Positions 13,251-26,120 are shown, counted from the first letter of the stretch. The stretch: DNA of 64,000 nt from Lama glama (GCA_028534125.1 CM052817.1:96598001-96662000); one strand, 5' to 3'. The notes: a model not told the origin generated them from the letters alone. Translations and numbers: made by a program.

Positions 13251-14634
13251 CATTAGAAGGTAAACTCCCTCCACCTAAGTTCCTTCACTGTACAGTTATT
13301 TGATAATGTGATTTTTCTGGGCCAAGTTGGGTTTTCTTGTAGTGGCTAAGACCCACCTCAGTTCAGTGGGATATCTTTTTCTTGGTCGTGGGCCCAACAG
13401 GAAGATTTTTACTCCTAAGTTACACACTACCCCTGGGCTGGAAGCTGGTTCTTACCAGGACACCTCTGCCCAGGCACTGAGAGTGATGTCCGGGACAAGG
13501 ATACTGTTCACAGTTCTCATCCTATGAATGGTAGAGATGAGAACAGTTGCTTACATCACCAGTGCTTAAAGTCAACTAGTCACATAATCAAGGATAAAAT
13601 GCTGAAATGGCTATTCTCAATCTGCCTTATCATTTTCAGATTACAAAACCTCAGTCCACAGGCCATAAATTACAAGATTGACTGCTTCAGAAGGGCCCAT
13701 GATAACATCACATTGCCATGTTAATTAGGGAATACCCTAACTCTTTTAAAAAGCAATTTACATTACTGTATATTTGGTACTGTTTAGTGCACATCAACAT
13801 TTTGCCCTAAAAACCTATGGGCTCTAACAGTATAGTTTTTTTTTCTTTTCTTTCTTTCTTTTGTGTGTGTGTGTGTGTGTATGTGATACTTGCTTAGTAT
13901 ACTTGGCTTGAAATTCAATGAAATTAAAAAAAGATTTATAAAAGTCATTCCCCGTTGGCCTTTCCCAGGAATAATTTATACTGGAGTTGACTGCAGGGGT
14001 TAAACACAGAATATGCTCACAGCTCAGATTTCACAGGAAGGGAAATGCATGGTGGGTCTCCAAGGAATGTCAAACCCAAGAAGCTGAAAGAGGACTTGAG
14101 AAAAATTAAACATGTGCACATTTTAGTTGTATTTTATTACAAAGCAAACAGGAAGTTTGACCTTAAATGTTAACAGTCTCACGTGAGGCTCATCAGGAAA
14201 ATTTTCGTTTAATGAAACCCTGGTAAACTTACAGAAATCTCAGTAGATGATTAAAAACCTAAAAGATAATTAGGGTAAAAGTTTATTTTTAAAGTTTAAT
14301 AAAATTAGCTAAAACAATGGGCTGAAGCCCAGGGGACAAACCCAGCCATGTGAATAGACACAGTCTCTGGAAACCTTCCCAGGACCATGTCCACAAGTCA
14401 GCAGCAGCCCCTCACCTCTTGTCTGTGAATTAAGGCAGCTTCACAGTGGTTCACAAAAATTCCAGACCAAAAATGAGGTGCTAATTTAAAATTTTACAGC
14501 ACATTTGAAAGCAAGCTGAAGTTCCTTATATGGCATCTTGGGAGAAACCAAATCGTGCGTGTTGATGAGGCTTTTACTCTGGGTGAGAACCTTTCGAATT
14601 TAAAATGGGGTCACTCTAAACAGACTGCTGGTCA

Positions 14635-14780
14635 ACACCAACGTTTCCCAATGTGTGGTCCCAAGTCTATTCAGTCAGCACAACCAAGGGCAAGAGGATA
14701 TGAAGGGGTTCTTGTCCAAGATGAAAATCCTCGGGCCTTAACCTAGACCTACTGAATACAGAATCTCTGAGGGTGGGGCC
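14635..14780. mobile_element. hAT MER5A-like element interrupted by L1
   Basis: TGTGTGGTCCC...CCTAGACCTACTGAATACAGAATCTCTGAGGGTGGGGCC. Confidence 0.65.
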
Positions 14781-14805
14781 ACAATGCCAGAGAGATATGA
14801 GCAAT

Positions 14806-15710
14806 ATGAAGAAGCAGGGGAACCACTCCCAATTAAAAGATCAAGAGAAATCCCCTGAAAGCATGATCAAGGAAACAGATATTGATGGCCTACTAGATCA
14901 AGATTTCAAAAAAAAGGAGTGATCAAAATACTGAAGGAACTAAAAGAAATAGTGTTTAGAGATATAAAATATGTCAAAAGTGAAATAGAAACTATAAAGA
15001 AGAACCAAGTAGAATTAGTAAACTCATTTGCTGGTATGAGAGCTGACCTAAAGGCTGTACAAAGCAGGCTAGATAATGCAGAGGAATGAATAAGTGACCT
15101 AGAAGACAGGACAACAGAAAGCACCCNNNNNNNNNNNNNNNNNNNNNNNNNNNNNNNNNNNNNNNNNNNNNNNNNNNNNNNNNNNNNNNNNNNNNNNNNN
15201 NNNNNNNNNNNNNNNNNNNNNNNNNNGCATAATAGGGGTTCCAGAAGGGGAAGAAAGAACAAAGGGGATTGAAAAGGTATTGGAAAAAATCATGACTGAA
15301 AACTTCCCAAACCTAAAGGAATCAGATATCCAAGTACAGGAGGCTCAGAGGGTCCCAAACAGGAAGAACCCAAACAGACCCATACCAAGACATATCATAA
15401 TCAAGATGGCCAGAGTCAAGGATAAAGAAATGATCCTAAAGACAGCATGAGAAAAACAAAGGCTGAGTTACAAGGGAACCCCCATAAGTCTCTCAGCTGA
15501 TTTCTCTACACAAACACTACAGGCCAGAGGGAGTGGCAAGATATATTCAAAGTCCTGAAAGAAAAAAAGATGCAGCCTAGGATACTCTATTCAGCAAGGC
15601 TATCCTATAGAATAGAAGGAGAGATAAAGAACTTCACAGACAAGCAAAAACTAAAAGAGTTTAGCAACACTAAACCCATGCTAAAAGAAATATTGACAGG
15701 TCTACTCTAA
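14806..15710 (+). pseudogene. Disabled L1 ORF1p
   Basis: MKKQGNHSQLKDQEKSPE...SRLDNAEE*ISDLEDR...IIGVPEGEE...ENFPNL...PRHIIIKM...KQKLKEFSNTKPMLKEILTGLL*; in-frame stops at ~15087 and ~15447, plus frameshifts. Confidence 0.9.
15127..15226. other. Assembly gap of 100 N
   Basis: N run inside L1 ORF1. Confidence 1.
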
Positions 15711-16799
15711 ATAGAAAAGAAGCAGGAAGCTACAAAAATGAGAAACTCCTAACTGGAAAGGAGATAACTGCCATGAATTACAAAAAGAATAAACACAAAA
15801 TTGTAAAAGAATACCTCTAAATCATTAAGAGTGGGAGAGGAAAGCAAGGAAAGCCACTGTGGAAAGCAGTATGGAGATTCCTCAAAAGCCTAGAAATAGA
15901 CTTACCATATGACCCAGGAATTCTGCTCCTGGGCATTTGTCCAGAAGGAACCCTACTTCAAAATGACACCTGCACCCCAGTGTTCATAGCGGCACTATTT
16001 ACAATAGCCAAGACATGGAAACAGCCTAAATGTCCAACAACAGATGACTGAATAAAGAAGATGTGGTGTATTTATACAATGAAATACTATTCAGCCACAA
16101 AAATCGACAACATAACGCCATTTGCAGCAACATGGATTTTCCTGGAGAATGTCATTCTAAGTGAAGTAAGCCACAAAGAGAAAGAAAAATACCATATGAG
16201 ATCACTCATATGAGGAATCTAAAAAAAAAACAAACAAAACATAAATATAAAACAGAAACAGACTCATAGACATAGAATACAAACTTGTGGTTGCCAAGGG
16301 GGAGGGGGTGGGAAGGGACAGACTGGGATTTTAAAATGCAGAACAGATAAACAAGATTATACTGTATAGCACAGGGAAATATACACAAGATCTTGTGGTA
16401 GCTCATAGCAAAAAAAAATGTGACAATGAATATATGTATGTTCATGTATAACTGAAAAATTGTGCTCTACACTAGAAATTGACACTACATTGTAAAGTGA
16501 CCATTACTCGATAAAAAAAGTAAAAAAAAAAAGAAGAGAACTTTCCTAATTTGATTAAAAATATCTAAAAAAATAAAGAAAGAAAGAAAGATCTGAGCAG
16601 TAAAGTTGTAGACTTGACAATCCCTGAAGATAAACCAGAGAAAGAGGGATTTCACAGGTCTGCTAGGACCTTCTTGTTACTTCAAAGTTGGCAAAGGAAC
16701 TGGGTAAAACATTGAAAATTTGTGGCCACTCTCAAACATTATTCAATGTGTTTTTAAACCTTCATTATTTTATCTGTAAGTCAAGAGTACTGATAGTTA

Positions 16800-17000
16800 A
16801 TAATAAAATATCCAATATTGCCTGACTTCTTACCATGTGTCAGGCTATATGTGAAGCACTTTAAATGCATTCTCTCTCTATTGCTATGTGGTAAGTAGAA
16901 TTATTAGCCCATTTTACAGAAGAGAAAACTGAGATTTAGTGCAGCTAAATGTCCAAGGTACATAAGGTTTTAGGAACTGCAAAGCCTATGTTCTTAATCC
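16800..17000 (-). mobile_element. MIR SINE
   Basis: ATTATTAGCCCATTTTACAGAAGAGAAAACTGAG...CCAAGGTACA. Confidence 0.75.
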
Positions 17001-18831
17001 ATTTGATAATATCACAGGGTTAAATGAAAGCCCAGGAGTAACATACACAGGAAAAAGAAAAAGAGAAGTGTATTTCTGTCCAAAAAATAATTCTCCTATC
17101 AATCATACCTGATTACCCAACTCTGATGAATGAGTCTCTCTTCCCTGAAGTTTCAATGCTTCTGTAAGGACAGGAAACCTAAATTTGTCTCAGTGAATTC
17201 CACCTCCCCTGGGAGTCTGCTATGGACCAATTTGTCATGGAAGGTATAGTCTTCTATTTTTAAACTACATGTCAGCTCTCAGACAAATCTCATAATTTGA
17301 AGAACTGAAGACTGCTTGGAAACTGAAGAGGAAAACTTGAAGATCGATAGGGAGAAAAAGGCATCAAAGGACATGTATTAGAGGTTGTTTACCTACTCAG
17401 TGGGAGCCCAGGGTCTTGGGTGCTCCCATGTCTGTGTGCTCAGTGACCATGATACTCAGTTATCCCCAGTGCTGAAACGGACCCCTGTCTTAGTAAATAC
17501 TTAAGACAATAGATTCCTTTTTAAGGCTATTTCACAAGTGGATTTTCCTGTACCATGTATTGTCAGATCACTTTTTTAAAGTTTTTAAATGTCACGAGAG
17601 GACTAGGCTTGCAATACTTCACCAAAACAAAACAAAACGCTAGTGAACAGTGGACCAATGACCCTCTTCAATCATTTCAAGGAAAGGAGAAACTCCCTGG
17701 GACATCTCTATCAAGTGGAAGTACTTTGGGCAAGAATGAGATGAGTGAAAGACAGAGAAGCATTTGCTGAATTCTGAAGTCAGTTCCTGACATCTTCTCA
17801 TCAGCTAAGATATTTTTAGCTCAAGAAGGAAAACCAGGAATTCTGATTTTTTTTTGTCCCTTTTCCACCCCTGACTCACCATGGCCTGAGCAAGTTGCTG
17901 TCTCCCTGGGCTAGTCCCGTCCTCTCAAAAGTAGAGAGAATGATACCGTGATGGTGCAAGGATTAATGAGGGTGCTTTGGAAAGAAAAGGAAGAAAAAGT
18001 CTTTGATCAAAGATATGGGCAAGCACAGTGTTTTATTATAAATTATAATAATGGGCCTTATGTTCCTGATGCCTGGGGAGCAAACCATTCCCCTCTTGGC
18101 CTGCATTAATACTTGTACCCAGGGGTGTTAATTAGCACAAAAACGTATGTACTGGATGGCACCCTAGGGACCTAGAGGAGTTAATCCATCCCCCAAAAAT
18201 GGCTAATTTACCCTCCACCATCCCCCCCCCCACTCTCCCCACACTAGGCTCTTGTCCATTACTATTAAAGTAGAATAACTGTACCCTCCTTACTGGTCTA
18301 TTGGGCCCCATGTGCTTCCTCTTGATTACTTAATAGAACATAAGGGATCTGAAAGTCCTGTTGGAGTAATTACCTTCTATTTGAATATTTGCTCTTGACT
18401 CATTGGTAGGATCAGCCCCAAACCAAGAATGATTACCTATGACAGCTTATAATGGGTACCACTTCCTATCTTATCATCAAGGTATTTTTCATAGCGCACA
18501 GGATTAGTCTGTTCTCTTTTGTTGCCGTACTTTTTAAACTCTTCCTCTCCCTCCTCAGCCCCTCTCCAATGCCTTTTGTGTTCTGGCTGACACAGCCAGC
18601 TTCGTGCTCCCTTCACTGAACCAAACCTCACACAGCTTAGCAAAGAAACCACCAGGATGCTAGCCGAGTCACCTAGATTCTGGCCTCTACTGCCTATCTT
18701 TTTTTTTTCAAGGAGAACAAGAGAGGCACTTAGAACGTGATAATGATTATCATAAAAATCATTATGATTTTAACCTAACAGTGTCACTTGACTTCGAACA
18801 ATTACCCCCTTGATAGCCATCCTGCTCCCTC

Positions 18832-18962
18832 TTTTTTGGAGGGGGTAGGTAATTAGGTTTATTTATTTGTTATTATTATTATTTTAATGGAGGTACTGGG
18901 GATTGAACCCAGGACCTCATGCATACTAAGCATACCCTCTACCACTAAGCTATACACTATAT
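18832..18962 (-). mobile_element. Vic-1-like SINE, long form
   Basis: GGTAATTAGGTTTATTTA...TGGAGGTACTGGGGATTGAACCCAGGACCTCATGCATACTAAGCA...CTCTACCACTAAGCTATA. Confidence 0.92.
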
Positions 18963-20855
18963 CCTCTCTTTTTCATCTTAAATATCAGTATCAGTGTTAA
19001 GTAGAAGACAGAGATTTCAGAGACACTCTTGCAGTTATTAAACCGTGTCTGACCTCTACCAAGCAAATATGTCTCAGAGATCATCCTTATTTATTCTAAC
19101 GTGTTGTGACTGATAAAGGCTAACAGACACAAGCAACATATACATCATGTTGAAAACCCTAATAATGAATGTGTGATGCTTACAGTGCATCTTCAACGGC
19201 CATTTATGAAACCCAGACAGCTGGGGCCTTAGCAATCACCAAATCCTGGCTTTTACCTTAGGAGAGAGTAACCAAAGCCCAGAAAGATGCAGTGACTTCC
19301 TCAAAGATCATGTCTACCCATTCATGACTCTCCACTAATAAAGTCTAGGTGTGGAAAAGGAAAGTCCTTGATTTAAAGACAACTCCAGTCAATTAGGAAG
19401 ATTTCTAGAGATCTGATAGAAAAATCACCTTAGGCTAGGGTAACATCAGCTCAATCCAAATCAAACTGAAATATTACTCCAAACCACAGGATCAGCCTGA
19501 GTCTAACACTGAGTTGAATTTATTTTTCTTTAACACAAACAAATCTCATAGAGATATTTAACCACTTCGGTAAATATGATAGGAAAGAGAAAAACTGGAA
19601 AGAATGGATTTTAAATGTGTATACGTGCATGTGTTTATGTTAGTTTGAATTACTCTACACCTACCCTGCATTCCTGACACCAGCAGATTAAGGAAAATTC
19701 TCATAGATCAATTTGATAACTAGGAATTCCCAACCTCTCCCTCAACTATTCATCTTGAGTTCCTGAGAGGCAGAGCTCGTCACAGAGGCTTGCAGAGGAT
19801 CTTAATGACCTGGCAAAGGAGTCGTTATAGGATGATAGCTAGACAGAGAAATGCCTCCAGGTCACTGAGAGCAGGAAGTGCAATGGAGAATGGCCCCTCC
19901 ACCTAATGCATAACAAGGTTAAGCTGAACCTCATCGAACTCTTGATCTCTCTCCTCCTCACCCACCACTCTCCCTTCCTTAAATAAATGCAGAAGGAAAG
20001 AAATAAGAGTATGTCTTTAAAAAACAAAAAAAAAACACTCTTCAGGAAAGTTTCCAAAAATAATTTTATGTTGGCTAAAAGTAAAGAATTAGATGTTCAT
20101 TTGATTGACTCACAAGGCTTCAGAGACTACTTAGGAGAGCTGATAAAGAAACTTCTTAACATACATGACTAAACAAACCAATAAACTTTTAAGCTGCATT
20201 TCTTTATTCTTTATTTCTTCTGTTTCTTTTAACTAACTTTAACCTCCAAAGACTGCTGTTTTGTGTTTATAGCCTGTCAGCAAATTTTTTTGGAAGGAAT
20301 GATCTTTCAGGAAATCTGAAGTAAGCACTGAGGTACTGCCATCAACTGTGTCTAACTACAACCCTAATAACGAATTTAAACCAAGAAGTGAACATATAAA
20401 CCTACTGCTTCATAGTTAAGAGAATTTAAAATTAACTTTTTAATTTTTTTTCATTATATCCACAAAATGTTTGTAGTGCTTTTCTACCATTTGATATTTA
20501 GTCCACATTACTTTCTATTACATCAAGTGTATAACCAGATTTACCCCTTAGTGTATTACAGGTAAATTAAGATAAGTAAAGCATGTTTTCAGTTTAAAAA
20601 AAAAAGCTTAAAATATAGTCTGCAGCCTATGTACTAAGACAGTGTTTAGATTTTACCCCATGGCAGAATATGATGTTGAGCAGTAGTTGGTGACCAGATG
20701 CACACTTCACAAATACTTCAATTAATTGATAAACCACTTCCATCTGAAATTCCAAAGAGTTTACTGACACTTTTTTTTAATAGAAATTCTTCCAAGAATG
20801 ACTAATTATTGTGGTCAAACCTGTACCATTGAAACCTGTACTATATGATCGAATT

Positions 20856-22790
20856 CAAAGTTAGCTGCATTTCTATACACTAAAAATAAACCATCTGAAA
20901 AATAATTAAAGAAAATAATCCCATTTACAATAGGATCAAAAGGAACAAAATACTTAGAAATAAATTTAACCAAGGAAATGAAAGATCTACACTGAAAACT
21001 ATAAGACACTGATGAAAGAAACTGAAGAAGACACAAATAAACAGAAAGATATTTTGTGTCCATGGATCAGAGGAGTTAATATTGTTAAAATGTCCATACC
21101 ACTGAAAGCTACCTACAAATTTAATGTAATCCCTATCAAAATTCCAATAGCATTTTTCAAAGAAATAGAATAAACAATCCTAAATTCTGTTTGGAATCAC
21201 AAATAGGCAAAGTAATCTTAAGAAAGAAGAAAACCAGAAGTATCACATTTCCTGATTTCAAACTATATTGCAAAGCTGTAGTAATTAAAACAGTATGGTC
21301 CTGGCAGAAGAACAGACATACAGACCAATGAAACAATCTAGATCCCAGAAATAAGCCCACACCCACATAGTCAACTAATATTTGACAAGGGAGCTAAGAA
21401 TACTCAATAGGGAAAGAATAGTCTTCAATAAACAGTGTTGGAAAAAATGGATATCCACATGCAAAAGAATGAAATTGACCCCTATCTTAAACCAATCACC
21501 AAAAATGGATTAAGGCCTTAAATATAAGATCTGAAACTGTAAAGCTCTTACAAGAAAACATAGGGGAAAGCTCCTTGACATCAGTCTTGGAGATGATATT
21601 TTGGATATGACACCAAAAGCACAAGCAACAAAAGCAAAAATCAACAATTGAGACTTCACCAAACTAAAAAGCTTCCACACAACAAAAGAAACCATCAACA
21701 AGGTGGAAAAGACAACCTACAGAATCACAGAAAATATTGCAAATTATGTATCTGGTAAGATGTTAATATCTAAAATATATTTGGTGGGGAGGATATAGGT
21801 CTGTGGTAGAGCGTGTACTTAGCATGCATGAGGTCCTGGGTTCAACCCCTAGTACCTCCATTAAAATAAAATTTCAAAAAAATTTTAAAAAACCGAATTA
21901 TTTTCTCTCCTAAATAAATAAATAATAAAATAAAATATCTTTGAACTCTTACAACTCAAAAACAAAAGAAATAAATAAAATAAAAAAAAGTCTGATTAGA
22001 AAAATGGGCAGAGGACCTCAACAGACACTTTTCCAAAGGGATACAAATGGCCAACAAGTACATGAAAAGATGCTTGACCTTACTAATCATCAGGGAAATT
22101 TAGATCAAAATCACAGTGAGATAGAATCGTATTATTAAAAAAGAGAGAGAGATAAATGTGGGCAAGGATGTGAAGAAAAGGGAACCCTCCTGCACTGATG
22201 GTAGAAATGTAAAATGGTACAGTCATTACGGCAAAGAGTAAGGAAGCTTCTCAAAAAATTAAAAATAAAACTACTGTGTGATCCAGCAATCCCACTTCTG
22301 GGTACATATCCAAAGAAAATAAAATCAGGATTTTAAAGGGATATCTGCACCCCCGTGTTCACAATGATGAACATGTAGCATTTCATTATTCACAATAACC
22401 AAGATATGGAAACAACCTAAGTGTTCATCAACAGTGGAATGGATAAAGATGATGGATAAAAAATATGGCAGAGGCTGAGGAGTGGGGAAATGAGAGATGT
22501 TGGTCAAAGGATATAAACTTTTTGTTACAAGATGAGTAATTCCCAGGAATCTAACACATAGCATGGTGACTACAGTCAACAATTCTGTACTGTATACTTG
22601 GAAGTTGTTATGAGAGTAAAGCTTTCATATTCTACCGTAACAACATGGTAATTATGTGGGGTGAAGGATGTGTTAACCTTCCTTACTGTGGTAAACATTT
22701 CACAATTTTATGTGTATCAAAGCATCACATTGTACTTAAACTTACACAATGTTATACGTCAATTATACCTCAATAAAGCTGGAAAATAAA
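20856..22790 (+). mobile_element. 5'-truncated L1 (ORF2 3' half plus 3'UTR), interrupted by a SINE
   Basis: AAAATACTTAGAAATAAATTTAACCAAGGA, AAAACAGTATGGTCCTGGCA, GATCCAGCAATCCCACTTCTGGG; ends CCTCAATAAAGCTGGAAAA; internal deletion near 22470. Confidence 0.95.
21784..21930 (+). mobile_element. Vic-1-like SINE nested in L1
   Basis: GTGGTAGAGCGTGTACTTAGCATGCATGAGGTCCTGGGTTCAA; TSD TAAAATAT(A/C)TTTG at 21771-21783 and 21931-21943. Confidence 0.92.
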
Positions 22791-23659
22791 CAAAGTTTAA
22801 AAATTTACAAGCCGATCTTGATCAGAATCACAAGATGCTTACAGGGCCAAAAACTGCAAGAAACTTAAAATAAATAAATAAATAAATAAAAATGAAAACA
22901 GTGATAGTTACATGGAATTTATCCAGCTCTTATATAGCCATGAAATAGCCAATAATCAAAAACCAGAAATCAAACTGGAGAACACTTCTGAAAAAACTTC
23001 TAAAAAGCCAAACTACGTATTAGTAACTTCTTGCACTGATCTGTATGCACTGCATCTGTAAAAATGCACTTAAAAGTGACTCAGAGCCACTTTCTCTTAT
23101 TTTGGGCACAATTTTATTTGGCTCAGTAATCCATTTCTCTAAGACACAACATAATAAAAGCAAAAAACTAGAAAGGGGCATAGAGCTAGGGAGAATTACT
23201 GAAAGCAATAAAATATATTAGCTGACATAGCTTAACAGAGAGGCATAGATTTTTTTAAAATAGAACTATTTAAAAAAATAACAGATCTTAGAACTCAAAA
23301 TGCAGCATGGGATAATTTAGTGAAAGGGCAAAGATCCTCAGTAGTCTCAGAGAACATTTTTGTATCAGACCACAATAATAATTACATATGCTCATGACCC
23401 TGAGTCACCAAGAAATGGTTCATTTGTCATTATAAATCCTATTTTCTAAGGTATAGAAATGCATAATAGATATTATTTTAAGCATATATTCTTATTAAAA
23501 GAAATAAAAATATTAAAGTTTTAGGACTTTTTATGATTTCTTGAAAATACTAAACATTGTTGTAAAGTGAATTATTATGTCAGCAAAATGAAAACTAAAT
23601 GATCATGGCTCTTAGTTTACACTAAACTGAAGCACTGTCAAAAATCTAGCAATCTGAGA

Positions 23660-24030
23660 ATTCTGAAAGACACATGAAGATCTGAGGAGCATTCCAGGTA
23701 GCAGGAAGGGGGCAAATGCAGTGACCCCAAGAGGGGAGCTAGCCCAAGCCCGTTGTCAGGGCTGCCACGATGCAACCAAAGGGACAGTTGTGTGAGAAAA
23801 GGCAGAGAATTAATAAAGGGTCACACCACATAAGGAGCTTGGATTTTTTTCTAATTGCACAGAGGAAACATTGTAAAGTTTTAGGACAAGCAACAATGGA
23901 ATCTGATATCCTTCTTGTTTGCTTTTTTAAAGTTCTGTGGCTGCTGTATGGAGCATGGACTGTAGGGGAGTATAATGGGAAATGAGTAAATAAGCTATTG
24001 GATTGTTCCAAAGTAGAAGATAATTGTGCT
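23660..24030 (-). mobile_element. L2 fragment
   Basis: GAGCATTCCAGGTAGCAGGAA...AAGGAGCTTGGATTTTTT...TCTGTGGCTGCTGTATGGAG. Confidence 0.65.
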
Positions 24031-24168
24031 AAATAAAGACAACATGCTATCCTTTAAGTAAACAAAGCATTAGTTTGACTATTGATACTAACACAATTGC
24101 ATGCTCTTTACATGTTATCACTGGTCATCAAAAGTATTTATTTTATTTCCCTTAAAACATAGTTATTC

Positions 24169-24340
24169 TGGGAGGGTATAGCTCAAGTGGTAGAGCGCAT
24201 GCTTAGCACGCACAAGGACCTGGGTTCAATCCCCAGTACCTTCTCTAAAAATGAATAAAATCGAATTACCTCCCCCAATTCCCCCACCAAAATAAAATAA
24301 TCAACTAATACAATAATAAATAAATAAAATATCTCTAAAA
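24169..24340 (+). mobile_element. Vic-1-like SINE, long form
   Basis: GGGAGGGTATAGCTCAAGTGGTAGAGCGCATGCTTAGCACGCACAAGGACCTGGGTTCAATCCCCAGTACC; perfect 14-bp TSD AAAACATAGTTATT at 24154-24167 and 24341-24354. Confidence 0.95.
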
Positions 24341-24602
24341 AAAACATAGTTATTGCATTAAGCATTTCTAAAGGCTGAAGTTGCCATTCATGGAGACAAC
24401 TTACAGGGGTGTTTGATATTCTGCTCCAGATAGAGTGTTACCAACTTAGGGAAAGAAGTTACATTCCAAAGGAGAATTTTCTGCCTAACTTTCATCTTTC
24501 ACTCCACTTATCGTTTCCAGAGTTTGATTTTGGGAATGTGACGGATCTAAAACTTAATACAGGCACAATTTAAGAATTTAACAATTCTTGAGCCACTGCT
24601 CT

Positions 24603-24894
24603 CTCTCTCTTTTTTTTTTTTTTGAAGTACAGTTGATTTACAATGTTGTGTTACTTTCTAGTGTACAGCATAGTGATTCAGATAGATAGATAGATGATAG
24701 ATAGATTCTTTTTCACATTCTTTATCATAATAGGCTATTACAAGGCATTGAATATAGTTCCCTGTGCTAAATAGTAGGACCTTATTGTCTTTCCATTTTG
24801 TATATAATGGTTAGGATTTGAAAATTTCAAACTTCTAATTTATCCCTCCTCTCTCCTTCCCTCTCTGGTAACCATAAGTTTGTTTTCTATGTCT
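24603..24894 (-). mobile_element. L1 3' end containing (GATA)n
   Basis: Poly(T), TTGAAGTACAGTTGATTTACAATGTTGTG...TTGAATATAGTTCCCTGTGCTA; TSD GCCACT(G/A)CTCT at 24592-24602 and 24895-24905. Confidence 0.92.
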
Positions 24895-25919
24895 GCCACT
24901 ACTCTTAATCTATGAATTGTTTTCTAGCAGAGACCTGACACCAGATTATTTAATAATGACATATGAGCTCTGAAATCCTTTCAAGTCCTTTACCTTTAGG
25001 TTTAAGACCTACAATAAGAAAATTCTAGCTAAATATTGTATGAATTAAAGAAAGGATGATCTCTTTCACTGAGTTTGAATCCCCACTTGAATCCCTTGCC
25101 TTAAAGCAATATCACCTTTCTAGAGGAGTGAATGTCTTGACAAAGAAAAAACAACTTGAATTTATTTTTTCATTAAGATAAAGGATCTTTCTATTCCTTA
25201 CTCTCTTTGTAGATTCTCTTAGGAAGAAATCCAGTGAAAGATGAACTGGAAAGAATGTTACCAGTTTGCCAAAAGAATCTGACTGACTTGCCAACTTGAT
25301 GGAGATGGAGATTTCACCTTCCAGTTGTCATAGTAGGATTTTCATTTCCAGAGTCCTTCTGAGTGCCTCCAACCTCTTCGAGAAGACTATGGAAGATTTT
25401 ACAAGTACCAAAGTATGGAAGATTTTACAAGTAGTGCCCCCACGCACGGTCACTAAAAGATGGCCAAATAATAGAGAAGAATCTTTATCCAAGTGTAATA
25501 TGGTGGGGCATAGGAGAACTGGGATGGTTGGCCACCATCTTATTTCTAACACACGAGCAAGATCTGAGAGAATCAATAAGCAAATGATTGCATCTAACTA
25601 GTACATGAGTAGTTGTAACTCATCTTACAGCTGCTCATTTAAATTTAGAGCTATGTTCACGTGTCTATGAAAATAGAAGTTTCAAATCATTGCAAATTCC
25701 CAAATTGTAAATTTCAAATTATCTAACAGATGATACCCTGTGTGATAGAATTTTTGTAACAAAGGAGTGTTTATGTCTTTAGATTTAAATTTCTGAAGCA
25801 CCTGCTAAGAGAGATAAGACCTCTGGTCACTAGTCCCAGGGCTCATTCTTCTCATATAGACCCTTGAAACTAAACCTCTATGCCTCTCATAAACAGCAAA
25901 GCATGTCAGCTCTGGTCAA

Positions 25920-26120
25920 CCTTGCCTAGCTTCAAATCCTGGCTCTATCATAACCAGATGTTCACCCTTTAGTGTGTGCCTCAGTTTACTCATCTGTAAA
26001 AGGGAGTAATAATTGGATCTACCTCAAAGGGTTGTTAGAAGGATTATGTAAGTTGATATATGTAACCCATATGAAAAGAGTCTCTGGCATATAGTAAGTC
26101 TAATAAATGTTAATTAATAG
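25920..26120 (+). mobile_element. MIR SINE
   Basis: TTCAAATCCTGGCTCT...GCCTCAGTTTACTCATCTGTAAAAGGGAGTAATAAT...TGGCATATAGTAAG. Confidence 0.85.

Larger units (their letters stand above)
14780..16532 (+). mobile_element. Young L1 with ORF1, part of the spacer, the ORF2 C-terminal remnant and 3'UTR (most of ORF2 missing)
   Basis: ORF1 14806-15710; junction at 15853/15854 into 'PLWKAVWRFLKSLEIDLPYDP...'; 3'UTR and A tail. Confidence 0.92.

Noticed and set aside
15127..15226. The gap hiding the missing ORF2
   Set aside because: Both flanks are ORF1 (…EDRTTEST / IIGVPEGEE…), consistent with only about 35 missing codons; the ORF2 loss is ~630 bp downstream.
24169..24245. Genuine tRNA-Ala genes (also at 55187, 43398, 18887)
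   Set aside because: They have A-rich tails, a shared non-tRNA tail module, often TSDs, and no immediate T-run terminator, so they are SINEs.
25200..25600. Overlapping ORFs and AG acceptors on both strands
   Set aside because: The peptides are unrecognisable, there is no strong matching donor, and the region includes a local duplication and a probable hAT remnant.
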